NCBI GenBank assembly: GCA_910578855.1
Contig: CAJTRV010000001.1
Span: 1,430 to 65,429 of the forward strand
Origin: an uncultured Bacilli bacterium
GTDB taxonomy: Bacteria; Bacillota_I; Bacilli_A; RF39; UBA660
Length of the DNA stretch: 64,000 nucleotides
Direction of reading: 5' to 3'
Shown piece after piece: positions 48,168-58,555 of this stretch (position 1 is the first letter of the stretch; each line of letters starts with the position of its first letter). The translations under genes and the position numbers were made by a program. Under the pieces are notes generated by a model. The model saw only the letters and a list, made by a program, of their open reading frames with translations. It was not told where the DNA came from and ran no database searches.

Positions 48168-48774
48168 TGATAAAATATATACTGTCTGTTATGATACTTT
48201 AGATGTGTTTAATTCAAAAGAAGATGCAAAAAGATTTTATAGTGAATGTTATTATATGAGTGAAGGAGCAGAACATGAGCGTTATGCTTCTATTTTAGTT
48301 GATTTGAATTTTAGTAATTTAGGGAAGGATAATGTAAGTATAGATTGTAGAGAAATAAAAATAAAAAATAATGACAATGAAAGCAAGTTTTTAAGTGTTC
48401 AACTTAAAGAGAGATTATCTATTGAGGATACTATTAAATATTATGAAGAAAAAATACAACCTATATTAGAAGTATCAGATGAATATGGAATTTATTTTAC
48501 TGGTAGAAATCCTTTTGAAGATTTTGGATCTGATGCAGAAGGTAATACAAATTTCAGTTTTTCAAATTACTATAAAGAACTATTAGAAAAATTTGGAATA
48601 GATGTTGATAATATATATACTGATGATTGGTCTGATGGAAAATATAAATTGGTTGTTAATAATGAGGAGTTTAAAATTACTGCATGGGATGATTTAGAAG
48701 GAGTTATTGATAATGTAGATTCAATGATTGAATTATTTAAATCAAAAGAATTAAAGGGGGAATTAGAAATATGA
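48145..48774 (+). CDS. Hypothetical acidic protein (ends ...GELEI)
   Basis: ORF. Confidence 0.35.
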   Translation: MEKSMKYNDKIYTVCYDTLDVFNSKEDAKRFYSECYYMSEGAEHERYASILVDLNFSNLGKDNVSIDCREIKIKNNDNESKFLSVQLKERLSIEDTIKYYEEKIQPILEVSDEYGIYFTGRNPFEDFGSDAEGNTNFSFSNYYKELLEKFGIDVDNIYTDDWSDGKYKLVVNNEEFKITAWDDLEGVIDNVDSMIELFKSKELKGELEI

Positions 48775-49568
48775 AAACATTAGATGATATTGTAGATGAA
48801 TATTATAATGCGATTTTACAATATGAATCATATCTAAAAGAACATGAATTAAAAGAAGAACCAAAAAAACAAGAATTATCTAAATTAAAGAAAATGGAGA
48901 TGGATATTAGGAATTCAATGCAAGAATATTATGAAAGAAATTGTATGCCATGGCGACAGCTTAAAGGAGATATTAAAGAAGGCATAAAAAAAGATCTATC
49001 AAAGAGGGATAAACTAATTTCTTATTTGAGAGCAGAAGATGCAATAGGAGATAGTTTATCCTCTGTTGTGGAAGAAGAATTAGCAGAATATTATTTGAAA
49101 AATGGTTTTGATTTAAATGATGATGATATTAAAATTAAAATAGAAGAAGAAGTATGCGACTGTTATGCTGTTTCTTCTTTAGATTCAAAAAAGTATTCAA
49201 AAGATACTTTAAAATTAAAAGAAATTGCAATTGCATTTCATAAAGCTTGCACAGACATATATAAAATATATACTGGTGAATATAAATTTGAAATGGATGC
49301 TCCAAATAAAATTGATATTGAAATAAATAATGGTAGAATTATGAGAATTAGTCAGACAGAATCAGATAAAATAAGATGTGGTATAGGAGTTGAAACTTTA
49401 GATGAAAAAGGTAATTTAGAAGAAAAAGAGTTAATAAGCGAAGGGGATTTTGTTATGCTTATAAATTATTATCATTATATTAAAGAAAATGATATTAAAG
49501 ATGATTTTATAAACACAACTGGTTTAAATGATAGAAAAGATTTTGAATCAGAAAACATTGAAATATAA
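48771..49568 (+). CDS. Hypothetical acidic protein (ends ...ENIEI)
   Basis: ORF, ATGA coupling. Confidence 0.35.
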   Translation: MKTLDDIVDEYYNAILQYESYLKEHELKEEPKKQELSKLKKMEMDIRNSMQEYYERNCMPWRQLKGDIKEGIKKDLSKRDKLISYLRAEDAIGDSLSSVVEEELAEYYLKNGFDLNDDDIKIKIEEEVCDCYAVSSLDSKKYSKDTLKLKEIAIAFHKACTDIYKIYTGEYKFEMDAPNKIDIEINNGRIMRISQTESDKIRCGIGVETLDEKGNLEEKELISEGDFVMLINYYHYIKENDIKDDFINTTGLNDRKDFESENIEI

Positions 49569-50226
49569 TAAAACTGAGGGTTTTGGTATGAGTATATTAG
49601 TTATAGATAGAAAAACAGTTGATGAAAGTATAAGTAATCGTGAAACTTTAAGAGAAGCTAAAGTTGCTTATGAATATATTAATAGTATCTTAAAATATTC
49701 AGATGTTAGAATGGATAAAGAAACTGTAAAAGAACTAGAAAATGCTACTGACATTTTAAAAGATTTATATGAGTGTACATATTCTACTACTTATGATAAC
49801 GAAGATAAAAAAGAACAACTATTAACTGATTGTAGTTGCCCTGATTGTCATAATCAACTTAGTGTAAGTGATTTAATAGATTATTCATATACTTGCAATA
49901 ATTGTGATAAGAATTTATATGATTTTGAAGTTGATTCAGAAAAGGTTTGGTATTTAGAGGAGACAAGAGAATTAATATCTCCTCTTTTTGTTGGCGAAAG
50001 TAAGATCAGAGTTGTTCCAGAACCAATATTAAATAAATATATAGATTGTTGGTCTAAACATGAGGAATTACCAATTAAAGATGATTTATTGTATTGTAAA
50101 ACTGATAATAAAATAATAGCTTTAGATAACAGCAGTGGTGATTGTTGGGTAGAAGAATTTGATAATGAAATAGATGCTAAAAAATGGCTTCTAGGAATAG
50201 AAGAGTGTAGTGAAATGGAAATATAA
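49528..50226 (+). CDS. Hypothetical Cys-containing acidic protein (likely start at Met 49588; ends ...CSEMEI)
   Basis: ORF. CSCPDCHNQ...CNNCDKN zinc-ribbon-like Cys pairs. Confidence 0.35.
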   Translation: MIEKILNQKTLKYNKTEGFGMSILVIDRKTVDESISNRETLREAKVAYEYINSILKYSDVRMDKETVKELENATDILKDLYECTYSTTYDNEDKKEQLLTDCSCPDCHNQLSVSDLIDYSYTCNNCDKNLYDFEVDSEKVWYLEETRELISPLFVGESKIRVVPEPILNKYIDCWSKHEELPIKDDLLYCKTDNKIIALDNSSGDCWVEEFDNEIDAKKWLLGIEECSEMEI

Positions 50227-50244
50227 ATAAAAGGGGAGTTAGAA

Positions 50245-51267
50245 ATGAAGTTTAAGGGGAAAATTAAAAAATTAAATCATATTGTTTTATCAGATCCAAG
50301 TTATGAAAAAGGTATCTGGTGTAGATATGAAAAAGATAATTTAAATGAAAAAGATTGGCTAGTAAATATTGACATATATACAGTTGAAACTGATATAGGT
50401 GATTATAAAGTAAAAGGTACAGAATTCTTTTTGCTTTTACAAAAAGATAAAGATGATTGTGAATTGGATGATGAAGGTACTTTAAATTATCTAAAAAGTA
50501 TTGAACTAAAAGATTTTACAATTGGAGTTGATACAGCATGTGTAGCACTTGGAATTAATGATTATGCTAAAAAAATAATAAATTCTAAAGATGAATGGCA
50601 ACCTTCTTGTGCTATTAGAACAGGCGCAGATGGTACATTTGGAGAAGTATCAGAAGGAACTAAAAATGGAGAATTAAGATTTTTACTAATTACTGGTTAT
50701 TTTAGTGAAGATATATGTAATGAAAATGAACTTTTTGAATATTTAAAAAAACAATTTGAAATAACTGATTTGATAAAGGAAGATATAACATTAGATGGTG
50801 ATGATAGAAAATTAAATAAAGGTGATAAAGTTGAAGTATCATCTTGTGCAATTACTAATGATGTTGGTGGAACTACTGTGATAAGAAATTTTAATTATGC
50901 TAGTGAAATTGATGATATGAATTTAACTATTGAAAATCCAGATGGTACAATTGAACATACTACTGTAGAATCACATGACAAATTAGTCGGTTCTCCAATA
51001 GAAATTGAAGTTATTGATGGATTCTATGATTATGAAACAGGTTATAATTATAAAGGTAAAATTAATGATGAAAAGTTAATTGGAGAATTTAAAAAAATTG
51101 GTACAACTGGATTTACACCAGATGATTATAAAAAATATGAAAATAAATCTCTTTATGAAGATGCTTTAAAAGCTAGTAAAGATTATGATCCATCAATTGT
51201 ACATTTTTCAGAGTTTGATGTTATTAAATTACTAGAAAAAGGTACAGATAAAGAAATGGAGATGTAA
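50245..51267 (+). CDS. Hypothetical acidic protein (ends ...KEMEM)
   Basis: ORF with RBS aaaggggag. Confidence 0.35.
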   Translation: MKFKGKIKKLNHIVLSDPSYEKGIWCRYEKDNLNEKDWLVNIDIYTVETDIGDYKVKGTEFFLLLQKDKDDCELDDEGTLNYLKSIELKDFTIGVDTACVALGINDYAKKIINSKDEWQPSCAIRTGADGTFGEVSEGTKNGELRFLLITGYFSEDICNENELFEYLKKQFEITDLIKEDITLDGDDRKLNKGDKVEVSSCAITNDVGGTTVIRNFNYASEIDDMNLTIENPDGTIEHTTVESHDKLVGSPIEIEVIDGFYDYETGYNYKGKINDEKLIGEFKKIGTTGFTPDDYKKYENKSLYEDALKASKDYDPSIVHFSEFDVIKLLEKGTDKEMEM

Positions 51268-51269
51268 TT

Positions 51270-51896
51270 ATGAGCTATGAAATTGTAAAGAGTATTAGTC
51301 AGAGAAAAAAAGATAATAAAATATTTATAACCAGTGCATCTAATAATGTATGGCCTAAAAGTTATTCGAGATGGGAATATATGCCTGATAAGTCATATAG
51401 TGAAGATGAAACTAAGAATAGAGAATTATATTTGTTTCATGGAATCATAGGTGGAAGTTATCAATTAAGTGGAAGTGTTAGTGAAAATTGGAAATATGCA
51501 GAAAACAAATTTAATGAATACTGCAGAGATAATAATATAAGTTTCTCTGATTTGTGGGAATTACCCTATGAAAATGGTGAAAGAAATATAGAATTATTAA
51601 AACCATATTATGAGATATTCAAAGGTTTTTTGGAAGAGAAAAAAGAAGGAAAATATTATCTAGATTGTGATTTAGGAATTATTACAAAAGTAAATAGCAA
51701 AAGCTTTGATTATATACCTTATAATGTTCCAGCAGAAAGATATTGTAAAAGTTTTAAGAAAACCTTTAATGATTATTGCAATATTTCAGAACAAAATAGA
51801 AAAAATCTAAATATTCAAATTAGGGAATATGTTTTAGAAAAAAGTATAGATGATTCAACTGAAACATTCAAAGATAATATGGAGCTAGTAATATAA
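51270..51896 (+). CDS. Hypothetical protein
   Basis: ORF, coupled to VirD4 (TAAATG). Confidence 0.35.
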   Translation: MSYEIVKSISQRKKDNKIFITSASNNVWPKSYSRWEYMPDKSYSEDETKNRELYLFHGIIGGSYQLSGSVSENWKYAENKFNEYCRDNNISFSDLWELPYENGERNIELLKPYYEIFKGFLEEKKEGKYYLDCDLGIITKVNSKSFDYIPYNVPAERYCKSFKKTFNDYCNISEQNRKNLNIQIREYVLEKSIDDSTETFKDNMELVI

Positions 51897-54200
51897 ATGG
51901 ATAGTATTAGGTTTGATTCAATAAATTCTATTGAGATGTTTATATTAGTATTAGTTCTTTTTGCTATATTCTTTATTTTATTTTTAGAACCTAGATTGAA
52001 TAAAAGAAAATTAGAAAACAAAAATGAGCATGGTTCTAGTAAATTTGCTGATATGAAAGAGATAGAGAAAACTTTTGTTAAGGAAGATATAAATAATATT
52101 AATAGTGTAGGTTTTCCTGTATGGTATGAAAAGAAAAATGGAAAATTTGAAAGTGTGTATTTTGATGATAAAAGTCCACACTATTTACTTATAGGTTCTA
52201 CTGGAAGTGGCAAATCTGCAACGGTTGTTATCCCTGAATGTTTTATGTTTGCAACAGCAAAGGAAAAACATAGTGTAGTAGTAACAGATCCAAAAGCTGA
52301 AATTTTTAATGCAACTAGTAAGGTATTTAAAGATAATGGTTATGATGTTATTACAATAGATTTTAGAAGTCCAAATAAATCTAATAAAATAAATATAATG
52401 CAACCAATTATAAATGAGTGGAAAGAGTATTGTCGTTATAATGAGATAATGCTTTTTCTTTTTGCTCATTTTATAAAAAATAATAGGATTAAGTTAGACA
52501 ACTGTAATGATAAAAAATATTTAAATAAGATAAAGGAAAAGTATAACTTAGAAGATTATTTGATAGATATTATAAATAATAATAAAGATGATATTAATGA
52601 ATTTATAAGTGATAAAAAAATATATGAAAAGGATTTTTTTAAAGAAAATATTGAAAATAATGTTTCGTTAAAAGAATATCTATTATCTAAATCAAATGAA
52701 GAGATAATATTGATGATAAGAGAATATCAAAATTTAAGTTCAAAACATCAGGCTGAATCTAATAGATTAGTTATATCTTTGGCAGATTTAATATTTGTAG
52801 ATAACGATACCAACGATAAATTTTGGATTAATAGTGCAAAGCAATTATTCATAGGAATATGTGGTATATTTTTAGAAGATTATCAAAAAGGATTAATTTC
52901 AGAAAACAAAATTAATATATCTAGTGTTAAAAAGTTTCAAAATTCATCTCTTATAAAAGAAAATCAAACATTTCTACAAAGGAATGTTAATAATCGTAAA
53001 TATGGTAGTTTATCTAAAGATTATTTAACTTCTATACTTTCAGCTGCTGAGAACACTTATAAATCAATAACTGCTGTTTTTGGAGAAAAAATGGCTATAT
53101 TTGATGATTTAAATGTAGAAAATGTTACTAGTTCAAATGAATTTAATTTTACTGATTTAGGTAGCAAACCGACAGCATTATATATAATTGTTCCTGATGA
53201 AGATCGTGCATATTTCCAATTAGTAACAATTATTATTGGTATGCTTACAAAAGATTTAACTAGATTTGCAAATTTACCAGAAAATAAGGGAAAATTGCCA
53301 ATAATGGTGGAGTGGATTTTAGATGAATTTGCGAATTGTCCTCAACTAAATTCTATCCAGACCTTAGTCTCAGTGGCCAGAAGTAGGCGGATGAGATTTC
53401 AATTTTTCATACAGTCCTATGGGCAGCTTTCACAAGTTTATGGTAAAGATGTAGCTAGTATTATTCAAGATAACTGTGCGTTAGTGTATCTAAAAACTAA
53501 TACGGTTGAGACTGCTGAAATAATTGCAAAAAAACTCGGACGAGCTACTGTAGAAACTAATTCAATGAGTAAAAGTACAGATCCAATGAAGGTTGGCGCA
53601 AATAAAACTATTTCATTAATGGGTAAAGAATTATTAACTGCAACTGAAATAATCGCTTTAAAGTATAAAACAATTATATTTCCAACTATAAGTAATCCAA
53701 TATTTAGAGATACTTATATTTATAGTGATTTATTTCCACAATTTAAAAAATTGGAAGGTATAGAACGTGAAACAAAGGTATTAAAGAGAGTAACTAGTAA
53801 TTATTATACAGTTGAAGAATTAAAGAAAAGTTCTGAAATAAAAAATGAAAGAGTTTTAAAACAAACAACAAAGAATATACAAGATAAGTTTAAACAAGAT
53901 ATTCAAAAAGAAATTAATAGGGCTACAAAAAAAATTGAACCAACTTCTGCTGATGAAGAAATTATTGATAATGATATTATGAATGATTTAAAAAATAAAT
54001 TATTTGTTAAATATGATGTTTCAATAAATAAAGGTACTGATTCTTATAGTTTATTAATCGATAAAGTTATAAATAAAATGGAAATAAAAGAAATAGAAGA
54101 TTATGCAAAAACAAATTATAGTTTTGGAGTGTCAAGAAATTTAAGTAAAGGTACTACTAAAATTACAATTTGGGAAAATTCAAAGGAGAAAAAGATATGA
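51897..54200 (+). CDS. Type IV coupling protein (VirD4/TraG/TcpA-like ATPase) with N-terminal TM anchor
   Basis: N-terminal hydrophobic helix, Walker A LLIGSTGSGKSATV. About 770 aa. Confidence 0.7.
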   Translation: MDSIRFDSINSIEMFILVLVLFAIFFILFLEPRLNKRKLENKNEHGSSKFADMKEIEKTFVKEDINNINSVGFPVWYEKKNGKFESVYFDDKSPHYLLIGSTGSGKSATVVIPECFMFATAKEKHSVVVTDPKAEIFNATSKVFKDNGYDVITIDFRSPNKSNKINIMQPIINEWKEYCRYNEIMLFLFAHFIKNNRIKLDNCNDKKYLNKIKEKYNLEDYLIDIINNNKDDINEFISDKKIYEKDFFKENIENNVSLKEYLLSKSNEEIILMIREYQNLSSKHQAESNRLVISLADLIFVDNDTNDKFWINSAKQLFIGICGIFLEDYQKGLISENKINISSVKKFQNSSLIKENQTFLQRNVNNRKYGSLSKDYLTSILSAAENTYKSITAVFGEKMAIFDDLNVENVTSSNEFNFTDLGSKPTALYIIVPDEDRAYFQLVTIIIGMLTKDLTRFANLPENKGKLPIMVEWILDEFANCPQLNSIQTLVSVARSRRMRFQFFIQSYGQLSQVYGKDVASIIQDNCALVYLKTNTVETAEIIAKKLGRATVETNSMSKSTDPMKVGANKTISLMGKELLTATEIIALKYKTIIFPTISNPIFRDTYIYSDLFPQFKKLEGIERETKVLKRVTSNYYTVEELKKSSEIKNERVLKQTTKNIQDKFKQDIQKEINRATKKIEPTSADEEIIDNDIMNDLKNKLFVKYDVSINKGTDSYSLLIDKVINKMEIKEIEDYAKTNYSFGVSRNLSKGTTKITIWENSKEKKI

Positions 54201-54805
54201 AGAAAATAGGAATATGTTTAATAACAATTGGTATTACAATTTTAGGATTTTATTTTATATATAATAATGCTATAAATAAAAGGAATAATGAAAATGTTGA
54301 AGATTATATTAATGATACTTCAATAGTTAATGAAGTTGAAACAGAAGAAACAATTAATGAAGAAAAAGAAACATCTAATACTCAAAACAGCAATAACATT
54401 GCTTATACAGCTGTTTTAGAAATACCTAAAATTAATTTAAAAAGGGGAGTAGTGGATAGTACAGAAAACTTTAAATCAATTAATTATGCTATTAGTGTTG
54501 ATAAAAATAGTAATTATCCTAATGAAAAGGGTAATTTTATTTTGTATGCACATTCAGGAAATAGTTATATTTCATATTTTAGAAAATTAAATCAAGTAGA
54601 TATAAATGATGAAGTCTATGTTTACTACAATGGAGTCAAATACCATTATATCATAGAAAATAAATATGATATTGAAAAAACCGGAAAAGCTAAAGTCATC
54701 AATTTAAAGGATAATAGATATATAACATTAATTACTTGCAATCAAGATAGAAAAGGTTATCAAATAGTTGTAGAAGGTAAGTTAATAGATTCTACAACAT
54801 ATTAA
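54197..54805 (+). CDS. Sortase-family transpeptidase (element-encoded; likely partner of the adhesin 27082..29865)
   Basis: N-terminal TM anchor. Catalytic His in ILYAHSG. TLITC (TLxTC cysteine motif). Confidence 0.65.
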   Translation: MKKIGICLITIGITILGFYFIYNNAINKRNNENVEDYINDTSIVNEVETEETINEEKETSNTQNSNNIAYTAVLEIPKINLKRGVVDSTENFKSINYAISVDKNSNYPNEKGNFILYAHSGNSYISYFRKLNQVDINDEVYVYYNGVKYHYIIENKYDIEKTGKAKVINLKDNRYITLITCNQDRKGYQIVVEGKLIDSTTY

Positions 54806-55073
54806 TATGAAAGGATAAAAAGGGGGATAAAATTATGGAAAGGAATAAAATAGAAAAAAAGATAAATAAAATTACTTATAACTGTGAATATGAATTAAAA
54901 ACAGACAAGCCAGATTTAACAAAAGATGATTTAATCAAAATTTTCAATCAAAAATATTACAATTATATAAAAAGAAAAGAAAATCGCCTTTTTATATGCT
55001 GTAATTTTGATTAAAATACGTTATAATTTATATAGGCCTTATATTACGACTAAAAATGAGGAGACGATTTTTT

Positions 55074-57113
55074 ATGAGTAATAAAGGAAATGAAATTGTA
55101 AGGGCGGTGTTATATCTAAGATTATCAAATGAAGATGAAGGAAAATTAACAAAAGAAGAAAAATCAGAGAGTATCAAAAATCAAGAAATGATGCTTAAAG
55201 ATTATGCTAAAGAGCAAGGTTATGAAATTGTAGGTATCTATAATGATGAAGATTGGTCTGGTGCAGATAGTACAAGACCAGAATTTAATAAAATGATAAA
55301 AGAATGTGAATCTGGAAATGTAGATGTAGTAATTGCTAAAACACAAGCAAGATTTGCAAGAGATATGGAATTAATTGAAAGATACATTCATGATAAATTT
55401 ATTGAATGGAATGTGCAATTTAAAACAGTTGTTGATCGTATAGATAATACCAAGAGAGAAACAAAAAAGACAAGTCAAATACTTGGTTTAACAGATGAAT
55501 GGTATTTAGAAGATACTTCTTATAATATTAGACAAACTTTTAAAACCAAAAGAGAAAATGGAGAATTTACTGGTAGTTTTGCACCTTATGGATATGCAAA
55601 AGATCCTGAAAATAAAAACCATTTAGTAATTGATCCTGTTGCAGCTGAAGTTATTAAAAGAATATTTAATGATTTTATAGGTGGTATGGGAATAAAAACT
55701 GTAGCAACTGCATTAAATGAAGATTTTGTTTTAAGTCCATTAGAATATAAATATATGAATGGATATAATTTACAAGTTCCATTTATAAATGATTATATGT
55801 TTTTTGAATCCATAAAAAAAGCAGGAATGTATAAGGTAAATGTTAATTATAAAAATGAAGAACGAAAAGTTTTACATAATTTAATTTCTTATAATATTTT
55901 ATCTGAAGATAGGAAAACATTTGATAATAAATGCAAAATTTATTTGAGACAATTTTCAGAAGATAGAATGAAGATTTATTATACAAAAGAAAAAGAAATT
56001 GATTATAATAATTTTAAAATTGAATTATGGAATGAATTAAAGTTAAATGAGCAATTACCTAATGATACAACTTGTATAGCAACATTGACTGAAACTTTAG
56101 ATCGTACACATTCAATTAACTATCAATTTGAAATTTTGTTAGAAGAGAATGTCAATCATAAGGAGTATTTTTTTGATATATTGCATGTTTCAAATGATGA
56201 AAAATCAGCTATTGATTATAATGTCATAATACGAAAAAAATATAAATGGTGTCAGCAAATGATTAAAAAAATATTGACTGATGAAGTTTATATAGGTAAT
56301 TTAGTACAATCTAAAACAACTAGTGTAAGCTATAAAAACAAGAAGAAAATTAAGAAAGATCCAAGTGATTGGATTCGTGTTGAGAATACTCATGATGCTA
56401 TAATTACTGAGGATTTATGGATAAAAGCACAAGAAAGATTAAAGGAAAGGTCAAGATGTGATAAAAATGGAAATTATAATCCATTTCTTCACAAGTTATA
56501 TTGCAAAGAATGTGGAAGAGTATTTACTAGGTCTGGAGATTGTGAACATATATATTATAGATGCAAAGATTTAATTGAAAAATATCATACTTGCGATAAT
56601 AGAAGTAGTATAAATAATAATGACCTTCATAGTTTAGTAATTGATGGTATAAATGAATTGCTTGATAATTTTTATAAAGATAAAGAGATAAATAATTTCA
56701 AAGAAAATGATATTGATAATGATTTATTTAAAGAAAAATTAGATTCTCTAAATAAAGAGTTAATTAGTATTGATAAGGAATTACAAACTAAAAAAACATA
56801 CTTTCAACGTTTATATGAAGATAGAGCAAATGGTCTCTTAGATACAGAAGAATATATGATGTTAAAAACAAAGTATAAGGATGATAGTGAAAGACTAGAG
56901 GATAGAGCTAAAAAAATACATGAAGAAATAGAATTATATAATACTAAAAAGAAAGTATTAAAAGGTAAGCAAAATATATTTAATAAATATAAACACGTTG
57001 AAAAATTAGATGTGGATATTGTTAGTGATTTTGTTGATAAAATTTTAATTGGAAAATTAGATAAAGTTAACAAGACTAGAGATATTAAGATTGTATGGAA
57101 TTTTAGTGTATAA
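55074..57113 (+). CDS. Large serine recombinase (integrase of the element)
   Basis: N-terminal resolvase domain with the catalytic serine in AVLYLRLSNEDEG. Recombinase + zinc-ribbon region (CKECGRVF...YYRCKD) and long coiled-coil C-terminus. Lies 28 nt from the deduced crossover site. Confidence 0.85.
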   Translation: MSNKGNEIVRAVLYLRLSNEDEGKLTKEEKSESIKNQEMMLKDYAKEQGYEIVGIYNDEDWSGADSTRPEFNKMIKECESGNVDVVIAKTQARFARDMELIERYIHDKFIEWNVQFKTVVDRIDNTKRETKKTSQILGLTDEWYLEDTSYNIRQTFKTKRENGEFTGSFAPYGYAKDPENKNHLVIDPVAAEVIKRIFNDFIGGMGIKTVATALNEDFVLSPLEYKYMNGYNLQVPFINDYMFFESIKKAGMYKVNVNYKNEERKVLHNLISYNILSEDRKTFDNKCKIYLRQFSEDRMKIYYTKEKEIDYNNFKIELWNELKLNEQLPNDTTCIATLTETLDRTHSINYQFEILLEENVNHKEYFFDILHVSNDEKSAIDYNVIIRKKYKWCQQMIKKILTDEVYIGNLVQSKTTSVSYKNKKKIKKDPSDWIRVENTHDAIITEDLWIKAQERLKERSRCDKNGNYNPFLHKLYCKECGRVFTRSGDCEHIYYRCKDLIEKYHTCDNRSSINNNDLHSLVIDGINELLDNFYKDKEINNFKENDIDNDLFKEKLDSLNKELISIDKELQTKKTYFQRLYEDRANGLLDTEEYMMLKTKYKDDSERLEDRAKKIHEEIELYNTKKKVLKGKQNIFNKYKHVEKLDVDIVSDFVDKILIGKLDKVNKTRDIKIVWNFSV

Positions 57114-57142
57114 GTAAAATTTGATATAAACAAAGCACCAAC

Positions 57143-57368
57143 GAGTGCTTTAGATAATGAATCACAAGAGTATATTAAAAAAACGATTGATGATTTAGTA
57201 AAAGATCATACGATAATTATCGTGGCCCATCGTTTATCGACGATTGTTGATGCTGACGAGATTAATATTATTAAGAATGGAAAATTAGAAGCAAAGGGAA
57301 CCCATCAAGAATTGTTACAGAATTGTAAAACGTACCAGAATTTATATATGACTGAATCTAACAATTAA
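57143..57368 (+). pseudogene. 3' fragment of the interrupted ABC exporter gene (D-loop/H-loop and C-terminus)
   Basis: Reads (T)SALDNESQEYIKKTIDDLVKDHTIIIVAHRLSTIVDADEINIIKNGKLEAKGTHQELL.... This contains the SALD D-loop and the H-loop (AHRLST) that the 5' part lacks. Confidence 0.8.
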
Positions 57369-57467
57369 AATGAAATTGGATATTTCAATTTCATTTTTTC
57401 TTGACAAAATTATTAAATTTTGTTAGGATAGACAGCGTCTTAAGAAGTATATGAAAAGGATGGTAAT

Positions 57468-58553
57468 ATGGAAAAGTTAGATAACGATATCACTAAAATA
57501 TTTGATGGAAGGATAGAAAAGGTTGATATTGAAACTTTGTTAAAGAAGGTGGAAGAAAAATATTTTACACAGTTAGTATATATTGAACCAAGTTCATCAC
57601 ATAATTTGGAAGATCATTTATCTTGCTATGTTGAAAAATATAATTCTTTTCAAAAAGAGTTTGATGCGATGCATCGTATTTATAATATTTTTAAAAAGTT
57701 TAAATTTTCAAATTGTGATTGGGAAAAAATGATTCACCAATATTTATCATTAAAGTTTGACGTTAAGAAAATGCTGCTTTGTTTAGCAGATGGTCCAGAT
57801 ATTGATGATAAAACGGTTATTAAAATAAATAGTTTATTAAAAATGTCAAAGGATTTATTATCGATTGGGGATATGGAGTTAATTTTTCGTATCTTTTCAA
57901 AACTTATGTTCATAGATGAAGATGTTTGCAAATATTTTGCAGTATTTAAACAAATAAAGAGTAAATTTTTCTCTAATGCCCCAAAGATTGTGGAGTTATA
58001 TAGTGACTTACAACAAGGAAGGATGCGCTATATTGATAAAGGACTCGCTGAAATGTTAATTCAGATGTTTAGTTCTTCGGAAGAAATGACTAAGGATTTT
58101 CAAACATTTATTTCTAACAATAATCTTATATATCAGAAATGGCAAGCACAGCGTACTGTAGAAAAAAAGCCAAACGATGGATTGGATGAAACAAAGATAG
58201 ACCAAGGGGAAGAGGATTGTACTATTCTAGATGTTGATAACAGGTCCTTGTTAGAAGAACAAAAAAAAGTGACTCATTATTATAACCTGTTAATGGGATG
58301 TGAGAATAGTGAACAATTAATGCATTGTTTTCCTAAGTGTGGTAGTAACTTATATTATAGTATACCTAAGAAGGTATTTACTCGTTTACAGTTGGAACTA
58401 GAAGAATGTAATCAATTATTAACACAATGCCAAACAATGGAGGAACAGCAATTTTTAGAGGATGCAATAAATGAATTATCGGTGAAGCAAGTCTTATTAT
58501 CTGAATATTTGAAGTCATTAGGAATTGCTAAATGTAAAATAAAAGCGAAATAG
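57468..58553 (+). CDS. Hypothetical protein
   Basis: ORF in host-composition DNA. No motif recognised. Confidence 0.4.
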   Translation: MEKLDNDITKIFDGRIEKVDIETLLKKVEEKYFTQLVYIEPSSSHNLEDHLSCYVEKYNSFQKEFDAMHRIYNIFKKFKFSNCDWEKMIHQYLSLKFDVKKMLLCLADGPDIDDKTVIKINSLLKMSKDLLSIGDMELIFRIFSKLMFIDEDVCKYFAVFKQIKSKFFSNAPKIVELYSDLQQGRMRYIDKGLAEMLIQMFSSSEEMTKDFQTFISNNNLIYQKWQAQRTVEKKPNDGLDETKIDQGEEDCTILDVDNRSLLEEQKKVTHYYNLLMGCENSEQLMHCFPKCGSNLYYSIPKKVFTRLQLELEECNQLLTQCQTMEEQQFLEDAINELSVKQVLLSEYLKSLGIAKCKIKAK

Positions 58554-58555
58554 TT

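Larger units (their letters stand above)
7725..57142. mobile_element. Integrative conjugative element of about 49.4 kb, inserted in the ABC exporter gene by a large serine recombinase. It has an MPF-FA/Tcp-like T4SS, a relaxase, and a DGR cargo.
   Basis: The host ABC gene is split: 5' part ends near 7724, 3' part resumes at 57143. The interior is visibly more AT-rich. A serine recombinase sits at the right end. VirB4, VirD4, VirB6-like, M23 hydrolase, relaxase, primase, SSB and sortase/adhesin are present. No capsid, terminase or tail genes. Confidence 0.8.

Noticed and set aside
7725-57142. Prophage interpretation of the inserted element
   Set aside because: No terminase, portal, capsid, tail or holin/lysin genes are recognisable. 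Instead there is a full conjugation set (VirB4, VirD4, VirB6-like, relaxase, oriT-like repeats, sortase/adhesin). This favours an ICE. The M23 peptidase is interpreted as the conjugative cell-wall hydrolase rather than an endolysin.
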